In this document: positions 1 to 10,100 of the stretch, in pieces
Numbering within the stretch: the first letter of the stretch is position 1
How the letters are laid out: the number at the start of each line of letters is the position of its first letter
IMG/VR virus record: IMGVR_UViG_3300025102_006169
Span: 1-59,236 of that record
From: a virus
Lineage: Duplodnaviria > Caudoviricetes
Reading direction: 5' to 3' (one strand)
DNA: 59,236 nucleotides
Notes under the pieces: model-generated
What the model was told of the DNA's origin: nothing
What the model saw: the letters and a program-made list of their open reading frames with translations, nothing else
Databases searched by the model: none
Made by a program: the position numbers and the translations under genes

Positions 1-755
1 TTTTTGGATGCATCTTCATCCAAAGCCAGATACACAGAGCAGCCGCTTTTAATAATGGTTTGAAAAAGAGCAGAAGATTCACGAAGTGTTGATCCAAGAA
101 GAGGAATTGCATTACCGGCCTTTATAGCGTCAAAGACGCCCTCTACTATAACTATGTCTTCGTCCCAGTTTACATACAGTTCGTTGAAAATAATGTCACG
201 GGAGGCAGGTGGGTTCTTGTATCTTGGCCAAGCATCACCGTATGAGCGTGCAATGAAATAGTTTGCATAGCCATTCTCGTTGAATGATGGGATCACCACA
301 CGACCAGCATACTCTCCGTCAGGACAATAACCGATCTTCCACTTGAGAATGTCGTCTCTTGTGATCCCGCGCTTTGATAAGTATCGTAAAGCAATCTGTG
401 AGGCCACAGAAGGCGTCTTACCTGTTAAGGTGACTAACTGCTCGGGTAAATCGACGCGTTGCTCAGAAGGGGCTTCAGGCTCCGCAAATAAGAAGTCAAA
501 ATCTGTGATCTCAACGCGGTCATCATATTTAGACCACTCATCACGATCTTCTCTGGTTCCAAACTTGCGGACAATGTAGCCTAAATCACGGCCTGACTTG
601 TCACAAATCCAACATTTAAATACAGATTTGTCCACATTGACAGACATCTTCTTCTTGTGATGACCGCAAAATGGACAACTGAATAGATGCTCTTCGCCAG
701 ACTGATAGCCTCGTCCGAGAACATTCTTTATTATTTTGAGTTTTTCTGCTCGCAT
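1..755 (-). CDS. DNA primase (zinc finger + TOPRIM), partial; runs off window start
   Basis: Not in the ORF track. Manual translation from ATG at 755 gives MRAEKLKIIKNVLGRG...CPFCGHHKKKMSVN...FKCWICD (Zn ribbon), then DIVIVEGVFDAIKAGNAIPLLGST and VYLALDEDAS (TOPRIM E and DxD motifs). Confidence 0.9.
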   Translation of the reverse strand, partial: MRAEKLKIIKNVLGRGYQSGEEHLFSCPFCGHHKKKMSVNVDKSVFKCWICDKSGRDLGYIVRKFGTREDRDEWSKYDDRVEITDFDFLFAEPEAPSEQRVDLPEQLVTLTGKTPSVASQIALRYLSKRGITRDDILKWKIGYCPDGEYAGRVVIPSFNENGYANYFIARSYGDAWPRYKNPPASRDIIFNELYVNWDEDIVIVEGVFDAIKAGNAIPLLGSTLRESSALFQTIIKSGCSVYLALDEDASK

Positions 756-1258
756 ATGGCCCCCGCCCTTGCAATCACTATCGAGTCAGCTTTGTCATAG
801 GACTCGGGTTTAGGATTACCGTTACGAGTATATTCTATCACGAAACTAGGCTCGTTGTCAAGTAAAAAATTTAAAACAACTTGTTTTGCCTTTTGTCCTC
901 TGGGAACTTTGATGCCACAAAGTTTTCTGGCAGACGTAGCCGCGAGGTATTCTGGCTTAATTTTGTATTGATCAAAAACAAGCCAAGACACGATACCGTT
1001 AAAACGAGACAAAGTTGAAAGAGTCTTCGCAGATGAAAAACCTGAACGGAACGATTGTAGCGACTGTTCAATATAAACTGCTGTAATTTGTTTGCCGTGT
1101 TCATTTTGGATTTGTTCCAAGCCTTTCTTAACATGTATCACCTTTTCAAAAAAGTCTTTGTATTTTCTTGTGTCCCAAGCACCATTGAGAATTATCTTAC
1201 CGTTATCTACAATTGTGTATCCGGTGATGCTTGTGGAAATGTCTAAACCAAGTATCAT
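731..1258 (-). CDS. RuvC-like Holliday junction resolvase (RNase H fold)
   Basis: MILGLDISTSITGY start, VYIEQ and C-terminal DKADSIVIA give the RuvC acidic residues; 175 aa; adjacent to primase. Confidence 0.8.
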   Translation of the reverse strand: MILGLDISTSITGYTIVDNGKIILNGAWDTRKYKDFFEKVIHVKKGLEQIQNEHGKQITAVYIEQSLQSFRSGFSSAKTLSTLSRFNGIVSWLVFDQYKIKPEYLAATSARKLCGIKVPRGQKAKQVVLNFLLDNEPSFVIEYTRNGNPKPESYDKADSIVIARAGAICEQKNSK

Positions 1259-1263
1259 ACTAT

Positions 1264-1291
1264 ATTATAACACGATCAAACTAGATGTCAA
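1264..1291 (-). promoter_or_regulatory. sigma70-type promoter (TTGACA-16 nt-TATAAT, extended -10 TG) directly before the RuvC-like start
   Basis: Minus strand reads TTGACA tctagtttgatcgtgt TATAAT atagt ATG; -35 at 1286-1291, -10 at 1264-1269. Confidence 0.7.
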
Positions 1292-2534
1292 GCTTTAGTT
1301 TAAAAGTTAAGTCTCTTTCTTCAGTTTTCTTAACTGGCTTAGACACAGTAGCAATGCCTATTAACTTTTTCTTATCGTCATAAATACCAACTTTTGTGAT
1401 GTAAGTTGTTCTAACAAGACTGCCAGAAGGATTATTATAAGAAGCTGAGTGGACATTTGCGATTGCCAACTCTTGCTCTCTGTAAAGATACGAAGAAGTT
1501 ACTGGATTAAAAGCAGTTGTGCCGAATACAACACTGGTCGGATTGTTGGTATAATTTAGTTGGCCTTTGTTGGCATGTGCCATCATGGTAATGGTTGGAA
1601 TTCTATGTGTCCCCTGAAAGTTTAACAGATAGGAGCCGGTATTATTATAAGGAGTTGCTGCTGGTCGCAGCGGAACTGTGCCGTCGTTTTGTCGAACGCC
1701 TTGGCCCCAGTTATACCATTTAATGTTTGCTTCTTCCGTTGAGGTTCCGGACTTTGATGTCTCTTGAAACCTATCGACTAATGCAATGTCCCAAGAACCG
1801 GTTAGAATTATGAACCCTTCTTTGTACAACACCACTCCTGCAACGGATCCATCATTAGATGCATTGATTGTACCAGAGTGCTGGATAAGTGCTCCGTCGC
1901 GACGGCTATCTCTAAGTTCTGCTGCAAGGCTAGCGGATGCATACAGCTTTAAACTAACTGTGCCTTTTCTAATTTCAGATCCGTAAAATACTGATGGAAT
2001 ACCTATAACTGTCATTGTCTTATCAGTATCAAAATTATAATGCGAGCCAAGGCGCTTTGCGAAATCAAGGCTATTTTTTAGTGCGCTGCCAGTGTGATTA
2101 GTGGTGGTAAAATTATCTGCTGCTATGTAATGTTCGCGCGAGATACTAGCAGAGATTTTGTAGCTACCACTAACAACATCGCCATCTTGATACTTGTGTG
2201 TGTAATCCGTATAAGAAATATTCTTGAAAGAGTCTTTATTACGACCCTTATAAACAAACGGATAGATAACTCCGGTATCCTTTACACCGGGGCCATCTAT
2301 TTGTGTTTTACCTATGTATCGACCAGTAGAGGTTTCAGGCCTATCTGTGTTCAACTCATAGAGGTTTATAAATCCTCTAGGTGTGTCAATCGCAATACTC
2401 GTTGCTCTTCTGGCCGGGTCTTCGTAACTATCTCGATAAAAGATGTGCCCGTTATACATAAAAAACGAGGAACTAGGATGAGTTTCTATTCGGTTGTGAA
2501 AAACATCGCCAGCCCCAAACTTGTAAAGAGGCAT
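1281..2534 (-). CDS. virion structural protein, tail collar/fibre-like C-terminal motif (417 aa)
   Basis: C-terminus TYITKVGIYDDKKKLIGIATVSKPVKK resembles the IxEVGLxD...LIAV motif of P2 gpH-type collar/fibre domains; paralogous to 2546..3742; lies in the tail module. Confidence 0.6.
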   Translation of the reverse strand: MPLYKFGAGDVFHNRIETHPSSSFFMYNGHIFYRDSYEDPARRATSIAIDTPRGFINLYELNTDRPETSTGRYIGKTQIDGPGVKDTGVIYPFVYKGRNKDSFKNISYTDYTHKYQDGDVVSGSYKISASISREHYIAADNFTTTNHTGSALKNSLDFAKRLGSHYNFDTDKTMTVIGIPSVFYGSEIRKGTVSLKLYASASLAAELRDSRRDGALIQHSGTINASNDGSVAGVVLYKEGFIILTGSWDIALVDRFQETSKSGTSTEEANIKWYNWGQGVRQNDGTVPLRPAATPYNNTGSYLLNFQGTHRIPTITMMAHANKGQLNYTNNPTSVVFGTTAFNPVTSSYLYREQELAIANVHSASYNNPSGSLVRTTYITKVGIYDDKKKLIGIATVSKPVKKTEERDLTFKLKLDI

Positions 2535-2545
2535 CCTAGCACCTC

Positions 2546-3742
2546 CTAGTAGTCAAGTCTTACGCGAAGGGTAACCTCATTAGTTGGGTCTTTGCGGAGG
2601 GGTTCTGAAAGTTTTGCAACTGCAAGGAGTTCGTTATCTGCGGAATAGAGGCCAACAGTTGTGAAATAAGAGACTGGTGTATCTGATGCTCTGGTCTTGA
2701 CTCGAATCTCACTGCCAGTCAAATACGTTGGGTTAGAACTATAATTGAAATCACTATGATTGGCGCGGCAGAAATAAATTGTTGAATTAAGTTCGGTTGT
2801 GTTATTGAACGAAACATTAAAGATTCTGTTTCTCAAGCCATCTGCGAGGTTACCAATTGTAGAGCCCGAGTTAGCTGCTTCAAAACCAACGGTAGAAGTA
2901 TCCCCAGCTTTTGTTACTCTAGGTTGTGATGCATTGCCAGCTGTTGCAGAATACACGGGGAAAGTTGAATTATTAAGCACACCGCCGAAGTGATCATTTG
3001 CACGTTGGAAAATGGACGCACTAAGCACCATAATGCCAGCTTGATAAAAAAGAAGGCCAACAGGCACTGGGTTGGTTCGTTGCATAAGGGGTCTTATTTT
3101 ACCCACATTGTTGGTGCTGGGCACACTTTGTGTTGCGTATAACACACCATATTCCCCAGCAGGAGAATCAACATGAAATCCGTTAGATCCACTAGAATCT
3201 GTGATCTTCAGCCTGTCTACAAAATACTGCCCATCAGCAGTCTCATCGAATGCATTTGCTGTCTCAGACCCAGATACGGAAACTTCAAATGTAAAAGATC
3301 CTTTTTTAATTTCGTCCTTGACAAGCAGCCGGCTGAACGGTATAAAATACGCTTCACGAATTTCGTTACCAGTGTCAGGAATTTTAAACTTCTTAATGCT
3401 ACCAGTATGGTCGTAGCCCGCAAGGGTCTGTGCCATTTGATTGTAGATGTTAATCTTCTTGGCATTTTGAGTTGTTGCAGAAGACGATAAGCCGGAAGTA
3501 TTTGCATATCCAACTGTCATGTCAAAAATTTGATTTGCAGAAGAACTCAAGAAAGGATAATCAAATACACTCTTGAACATTCCGTGACCGTAGCTTTTTA
3601 CGTTTCTATCTGATGAAAAGTCTGTGGTAGCATAACCATACGTTCCTGAGAGGATAGATCCTGTGATAGGAATGGCCTCGTGAAGAAGGGTTCTAGTTGT
3701 AGCTACATCATTGCTTATTAAATTCTTAAAAGTTGTCGCCAT
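2546..3742 (-). CDS. virion structural protein, paralog of 1281..2534 (398 aa)
   Basis: Shares IKKGS/IRKGT, VGLLFYQAGIMVL/AGVVLYKEGFIIL, NYSSNPT/NYTNNPT and C-terminal YFTTVGLYSADNELLAVAKLSEPLRK with its neighbour. Confidence 0.6.
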   Translation of the reverse strand: MATTFKNLISNDVATTRTLLHEAIPITGSILSGTYGYATTDFSSDRNVKSYGHGMFKSVFDYPFLSSSANQIFDMTVGYANTSGLSSSATTQNAKKINIYNQMAQTLAGYDHTGSIKKFKIPDTGNEIREAYFIPFSRLLVKDEIKKGSFTFEVSVSGSETANAFDETADGQYFVDRLKITDSSGSNGFHVDSPAGEYGVLYATQSVPSTNNVGKIRPLMQRTNPVPVGLLFYQAGIMVLSASIFQRANDHFGGVLNNSTFPVYSATAGNASQPRVTKAGDTSTVGFEAANSGSTIGNLADGLRNRIFNVSFNNTTELNSTIYFCRANHSDFNYSSNPTYLTGSEIRVKTRASDTPVSYFTTVGLYSADNELLAVAKLSEPLRKDPTNEVTLRVRLDY

Positions 3743-3758
3743 TGTGTTATCCTATCCT

Positions 3759-4682
3759 TTAGACTTTCTTGACAAATTTGACTGGGATGTCGATGCGATA
3801 TCCTGTGTTAACCCCGGTAACCCGAATGTTAGATGAAATAGTTCTATGCGACGTGGCGCCGCTCTTACCTGTAATATTCTCAGTAGTACCGATGGTGTCG
3901 AACAAGTAGTTACTTGTGTTCAACTCCAATGAAGACTGCACCTTAAACTCCAAAATGGTGCCTCGCGGACCTCCAATAGTTTGTTGAGCTGAGTTGCTTG
4001 AGTCACTATTATCTCTAACGAACTCCCCATTGCTACGACGGATCAAATTATAGGTTGCAATTGAGTCATCATCAATGTAAGAAATCGAGGCTCGAATTGC
4101 ATCATTTGATGAAACAATGTGCCCAAGACGATTATCAATCTCCACCATGTATTGTGTTTCAACTAGCAAAGGATCTAAAGTTCTTCCGGGCGAAATGGCT
4201 GTTGTGTCCAAACCTTGATCTAAGCGGATTCTGTTTGCTCCGCGACCGGGAGTTTCACCCATCAAGACACCATTAATAGATACACCAGACGAATTAACTT
4301 CCAATTCATCTTCCGTTGTTGTGTTGACAGCAATAAGAAAATTACCCGACGTATGTCTCTTGGTAGAAACATCAAAGATCTCATTCAGTTTTAACATGGG
4401 CAAATAAAGTAAATTATTTCGTGGTATAGAAATCAATTTTGATTTCATAGACGCTGCATTATCTGTAAACGCCTCGAAAACAGGTGTCTGTAAAACTTCA
4501 AGATCAAAATAAGCAGAACCACTTGGGTGGTTCTTATTATAGTTTGAGTAATTAATTTCATCATCACCAAGCGCAAACTTAACAATTTTAAAACTACCAT
4601 CACCCTTAGCCAATCTCATGCGGCCAGTGTCGGTCAAAACGGCATCGAGTATAATGTCGCCTGAGTTATCTAGAAATCCCAT
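3759..4682 (-). CDS. virion structural protein, tail collar/fibre-like N-terminal motif (307 aa)
   Basis: N-terminus ILDAVLTDTGRMRLAKG..FKIVKFALGDDEINY resembles the LTxxG..LA...I..xAxGD start of P2 gpH-type domains; AGGAG RBS upstream. Confidence 0.55.
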   Translation of the reverse strand: MGFLDNSGDIILDAVLTDTGRMRLAKGDGSFKIVKFALGDDEINYSNYNKNHPSGSAYFDLEVLQTPVFEAFTDNAASMKSKLISIPRNNLLYLPMLKLNEIFDVSTKRHTSGNFLIAVNTTTEDELEVNSSGVSINGVLMGETPGRGANRIRLDQGLDTTAISPGRTLDPLLVETQYMVEIDNRLGHIVSSNDAIRASISYIDDDSIATYNLIRRSNGEFVRDNSDSSNSAQQTIGGPRGTILEFKVQSSLELNTSNYLFDTIGTTENITGKSGATSHRTISSNIRVTGVNTGYRIDIPVKFVKKV

Positions 4683-4708
4683 TCTGCTTTCTCTCCTAAG
4701 CTGTATAA

Positions 4709-4716
4709 TAAATAGT
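4709..4716 (-). promoter_or_regulatory. candidate phage late-promoter motif ACTATTTA
   Basis: Intergenic, ~27 nt before ATG 4682; same or similar motif recurs before other genes (see findings). Confidence 0.4.
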
Positions 4717-4736
4717 ATGCGAAAAAAGTTTTGGCT

Positions 4737-7106
4737 TTATTCTATGATCGTGCGTCCCTGATCGGTCTTAAAATCAATGTTTATGTCTAGCTTTTTGCCT
4801 GTTTTTTTAGAAGTTAGCCTAACTTTAAATCGTTTTCCAAACAATGACTCGTCCTCTACGCCTAATACTAAATCTTTTCCAAAACCAGATTGAATGTCGC
4901 CATTTGAATCAATTAAGCCAGATGCCTGCTCATTCAAAAATGCTTGGGTTATCCTTGGCACAATTTGAATGATTTTCTTAGCAGATTTGACCGGGGTTTT
5001 AGGATCAGGTTCAGTAAACTCGTACTGTCTAATGATAGGGTAGCCAACACCCTTATCACTATATAGTTCTATTTCGTAGACAGGACTAGGATTTGATAAA
5101 CTACCGTGACGATCAACTGTTCGGAACATGTAGTAAAACTTACGATTTGGTCTTTGTTTTACTATGGCGTTTGCTGAGGAGGCTTCCATACGTTGATTAA
5201 TACTGGATCCCGGTATCGTGTTCACGCGGCGGAGTCTTTGACCTGCAAAGTCTTCGTAACTCATTGGAGGCGCAGAAGTTCTATAAATAATAAATGCTCT
5301 AGCATTATCGTCTGTGGTATATTCAAGCAAACCATCAGTTGATGACTGATTGAGTAACAATTGGGCGTTGATTCGTTCCTCTCTATCGTTGAGAGCAAAT
5401 GGTATGGCTCTTGTAGCGCCAGACTTTGTAGTAAAACTCATCAGTAACTGATTTGTAATTCCAAAATAAGGATTGAATGCTACCTCTGGCTCAAGTGGTG
5501 GCTTGTCAAGGATCTGTCCAGACGAGATAAATAAAGGTATCTCTATTAACTTGATAAGAGGAGTAGCATCAAAAAAGATCTTTGCAACATTAAATGTTTG
5601 TATACTAGGTGGTCCGGACGATGCGATACCAACTTGTCGCTCCTCTTGTTCTGCAATACCAAACTCATATTCATACTTCATTCCCAAAGTGACCTGATAG
5701 GCAACTACTATGTATGTGTACTCTTGTCCGTACTTAACTTGTGTATCGGTAAACTTAATTTTTGGGTTTGCAGAAGTTGTGTAGGTGGTATCATCACTTA
5801 AGAAATCTCTAACCTCTGTAATGTTCATAAAATGGAATGTTTGTATCGGACTATTGCCAGAGGTTGGGGGTCCAAGATACTTTTCAATTTTGTACATTAG
5901 GATTTCAGAGTATGCTTCTTTGCCGTCCATTAAGTCTTGGAAGCTTCTTCTATAATCTGGTTGTTTGGTTAATTCGTAGAATCTATCAAAGAATTCGTTT
6001 TGGCCAAGTGCTAAGTGAAATGCGGCAGGATCGGTTCCGGTCGTCATCGATCCTCCAGCTGGAAAATCTCCTCGTCCGATTTCACCTGAATAACCCTCGC
6101 CTAAAACTGTGAAATTATCTGGTACTGGATCCATGCCCGAGGCCCACTTGCCTGAATCAAAATCTAGCCAGTCCATCAGGTTAACTGTTGTTGTATCCGC
6201 AATGTCGCTAACGTCTTCGACTAAATCTCCGTTAGAATCTATCAAAGAATTAGAAATTATCATTCTCTCGGATCCAACAGTAACCCCTCTTTGTACAGTA
6301 ACACCCTCAACATCTCTAGTCAAAATTACACCGAGTCCAGAGTCCTCTACAATGTTTGCAATCTCATTGTTATCATCAAGCCTAATGTTAATGTCGTTAT
6401 ACATTGGAAAAAGAAATTTGTTTTTTGAAAACTCATCCAACAGACCCGTGCTTTCTATAGGAGTAATTTGATTTAGAAGCATTTCAGATGGTGTGTTAAT
6501 ACTATCTGTTAGCATCTCCACAGGAGTTTTCTTAAGAATAACTTCTCCAAGCTCTGGCTCTAGATAGACTTTATTAGTTTCAGCATAAATGCTTGGTATG
6601 TCTTCGTGCCTCACAACAGATTCTAAAAGGTCTTCGTACTTTCTATCATAAAAATTATAAATGTAGTCTACACCATTATTTGCAGTGGTCTCTGCGCTGG
6701 AGACTAATGCTTCCTCGTTTGTGTATTCTGTTGTTACTGTTGATACTAAATCAGTAAACTCTACGCCAAAAGTAGCTATTTCGAACTTTACTTTGTCACT
6801 CCACTGGTCAAGATCTGAAATACCTGTGCCTCTTGGGCCTGTTCCAGAGGCTTTTTCAGAAATTGTTATCTGCTGTCTATAAGTTTGTAATTGATTACTT
6901 GGTGTTGGGAGTTCTATAATTTCGCTAATTTCTTCTATTACAAAGTCTTCTCCTAAATCTGGATCTTTGATGTAGTGTATTCCGGTACCGCCGGGTCCAC
7001 CCGAGGCCCAGTAGCCAAGTGTTGATCTAAACTTGTCGGCGCGTACACCGGGAGTAACTGGGTCAGTTAGCTCCGGGTTTGCCACTGTTATCTTTTTAAC
7101 ACCCAT
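4737..7106 (-). CDS. hypothetical virion protein, acidic, with fibronectin-III-like segments (789 aa)
   Basis: Long ORF in the structural module; FTDTQVKYGQEYTYIVVAY and KFYYMFRTVDRHGSLSNPS resemble FN3 strand motifs. Confidence 0.5.
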   Translation of the reverse strand: MGVKKITVANPELTDPVTPGVRADKFRSTLGYWASGGPGGTGIHYIKDPDLGEDFVIEEISEIIELPTPSNQLQTYRQQITISEKASGTGPRGTGISDLDQWSDKVKFEIATFGVEFTDLVSTVTTEYTNEEALVSSAETTANNGVDYIYNFYDRKYEDLLESVVRHEDIPSIYAETNKVYLEPELGEVILKKTPVEMLTDSINTPSEMLLNQITPIESTGLLDEFSKNKFLFPMYNDINIRLDDNNEIANIVEDSGLGVILTRDVEGVTVQRGVTVGSERMIISNSLIDSNGDLVEDVSDIADTTTVNLMDWLDFDSGKWASGMDPVPDNFTVLGEGYSGEIGRGDFPAGGSMTTGTDPAAFHLALGQNEFFDRFYELTKQPDYRRSFQDLMDGKEAYSEILMYKIEKYLGPPTSGNSPIQTFHFMNITEVRDFLSDDTTYTTSANPKIKFTDTQVKYGQEYTYIVVAYQVTLGMKYEYEFGIAEQEERQVGIASSGPPSIQTFNVAKIFFDATPLIKLIEIPLFISSGQILDKPPLEPEVAFNPYFGITNQLLMSFTTKSGATRAIPFALNDREERINAQLLLNQSSTDGLLEYTTDDNARAFIIYRTSAPPMSYEDFAGQRLRRVNTIPGSSINQRMEASSANAIVKQRPNRKFYYMFRTVDRHGSLSNPSPVYEIELYSDKGVGYPIIRQYEFTEPDPKTPVKSAKKIIQIVPRITQAFLNEQASGLIDSNGDIQSGFGKDLVLGVEDESLFGKRFKVRLTSKKTGKKLDINIDFKTDQGRTIIE

Positions 7107-10100
7107 TAGTAACCTCCTCCACCACTACCGCCAGAACTGCCACCAGAACTGCCTCCACTGGACCCACCCGTGCTGCTGCCATAAGAGGTGCCTGTGGTTG
7201 ATGGAGTGCTAGTTGTGGATGATCTCATAGGCCTTGTTGCTGGGCGACTACTGGACCTTGATGGTACACCTGCGCTTGTGCTGCCGCGTAGAGCTTCACG
7301 GGCTCCGCTGCGAGTGGGAGGTCTACGGTCTGGGGTTGCCGTACCGAAGCGCGTACCAACCCTAGTAACGGTCTTGGGCTGTTGCACAACTGCCGTTGTC
7401 ATAAATTCAACAGGCATCTTGTCCTTTTCTCTATGAAATTTAATCAATCGTTTTAAAATTATCGTGCCGGTCTCATTCAGGTCAGCGTATTCTACTAGTC
7501 TATCTGTAAAGACCGCCTCTCTTAACTCAGTGGTTTCAACAGGCTCTGATGTAACAGTAGTCTCTGGCGTGTCTGCTATGGTAGCTTCTTCTGTTAACTC
7601 GTCTTTAACCACCATCTGGGGTCCAATAAAGAACACATTATCGAATTCTGGTAATTCTAGTTTTGGATTTCTGTCAAACTTTAACCGTGAATTAGAATAG
7701 GGTACTAAACGAGCTAAGACAATTAAATTATTAGTTGAGATTTTTTGAAAAATTTCTTTATTCATTCTTCTAAACTTCGGCCTCGATACCATGGCCTCTC
7801 CATCTTGTGAAGTCTCAAACCCAACGAGTACTTCGATCTGGTTTACATGTTTGTAATTATAATATGCGTATGATGTAAATTTATTGGATGTTAACAAATC
7901 TTGACCTGTGTTTCTTTTGATTTGAAACCAGTTATTTGATGTCTCAATTTGATTAGATAACATAATTGATTTTATTTGATTTGGCAAATTTCTAATGAAG
8001 TTTTCTTTTATGGCAGTGCCATTTTTTTTCTTGTCGCCTATTTTATCAATTATGTTTTCTGAGTTTTTGGGATTAAATTTACTCACAGATATTGTTTTTG
8101 AATTTTCAAAAACATTAGTGCTAGACCTAATGATTGAGGACCCAAGACCTGTAAGAATCTCAGTATTATCTATTTCCACTATAGTTCCGTCCTCATTTAA
8201 AACTTCCTCTTCAATGTCAAACGGATCAGTTGCAAATTTTGTATTTTCGCCCATAAGCTCTTCAGGTATTATAAGATCCGCTACAGAAGTAATCTGTGTA
8301 TCAGAGGTTTCATCAACTGTCTGTTCTCTCATGTACTGGGAAGGCGTAAGTAATGTAATTCCAAGTGATGCGGCTAATTCGGTTGAGGCTCGTTCGACAT
8401 GCACGGTTTCCGAGTCTTTAACTTCTAGAAGATCTTCATCCACATTTGAAGAAAAATCAATCGGGTCCTTAAAATCAAATTTTGGTATCTGTGGTGTTTC
8501 TTTTTTGGCTCTGTAAGCTCGCAGTGGCAACTCGGAGTCCGATTGTATAGCTAAAGTAGAATAGGCGATGTTATCAAATTTCTTTGTATTTAAATCAGCC
8601 AGTCCACCATCATTGAATCTAAAATCATTATTTTTACCCAAAGAGACCCTGTGAGGAGTTAGATAAGAATAATATGTATCGCTTAGGTCAATAAATTTTA
8701 TGTATTCATCAGAACCCTGTGTTTCTGTATCTGTTGTCAGAACATCCTCCGGAGTGGTTCTTCCGAAATACTTTCTGTATTCTATTCTAAATCGATCGGC
8801 TAAACTATCGATGGTTATAAACCTTGGGCCAATTTGTCTGCCGGTGAATGGAATAAACTGAAATCCAATGAAATTTAATGTGCCACTGTCATAAATGTTT
8901 TTTTCAAAATCTTTTTTAAATTGTATTAAATTGTTTGTTGCTTTTGAATTAAACGCCTTAGTTTTTCTTGTATAATCTACTTCTTCTATGTTAAATCTCT
9001 TTTTATCAAGATTGTTTTTAACTCTGTTTTCAAGCCTTGAAATTAGATTCACAACAATCCTCATAGTATCGGGAGTTGCAGTTGCGGGGTCAACCAAATT
9101 GTATAATAAATTTGTTGATGAGTTAATTGTGTCAAATTTGACATCTGTCAAGTTTCTTAAAACATCCAAATAAGTTGCAATCGCATTAAGCCATGGAGCT
9201 TTTGCAATACTATCTCTAATGGCGTTGGCTCTAGCTCGCTTATTAGAGGCCACTACATCACTTAATTTTGGTGTTAAATATTGTAACCGCACAGACTTTT
9301 GATAGTTTTCTGTAAACTGGCCGGTTTTTAGATTAATGTTTTCTAATCGATCTGACTCGGCTAGGAAACTTTCTAATCTAACTCTCACATTAGTTAAATT
9401 GTTCAACTGCTGTTGGGCGAACTCTATTGTGCCATCTTCTAGTTCCATCTCAATACTATACATGTAGAAACCTGCGTCTTTTGCACTAATTTCATAGTCA
9501 GAGACACTAAATGTGCGGATGCCCTGTCTAGTAAGACCAGCTAACTGCACTTCTTTAATAGCACCAATAATTACCGTTTCCGATTCTATGTCGCTAGGAT
9601 TTTTGCTGCGTCTAAGTATTCTTTTTCGAAACTCACCTTTTGCGCGGGAGGTGCCAATTACCTGATCACCACCTTCGGCTATTATTTCAGTCCTATCCTC
9701 AAATTCATCAGATAAAATTATTTCCTCTCTCGTAAGCCCATTTCTAACTCTTTTTCGAAATACTTTCAAACTAACAATTGGGCTGGTATCAAAAATCTTA
9801 GCCTGCGCTCTTTTATCCGCACTTTCAACCAATGCACCATAATTCGAGAAATCTTTAATCAGCCTTTCATAATTCACATGAAAAACAATTCTAGTATCCC
9901 CTGTTGCCGTTGCCGCGATGTTTAATGGGGATACATAGGATTGTCTTGTTGAAACATTCAATCTGTGGGCACTTCTATTTTGCTTGGCGCGTGATCTTCG
10001 AGCATTCTTTCTAGATGTTTGCAATAGAAGGTCTGCTCTCTCCAATTTATCAATGTGCCGATAATCCTCAATTAAAAAGTTTGGTACTTTCTTTCTATTT

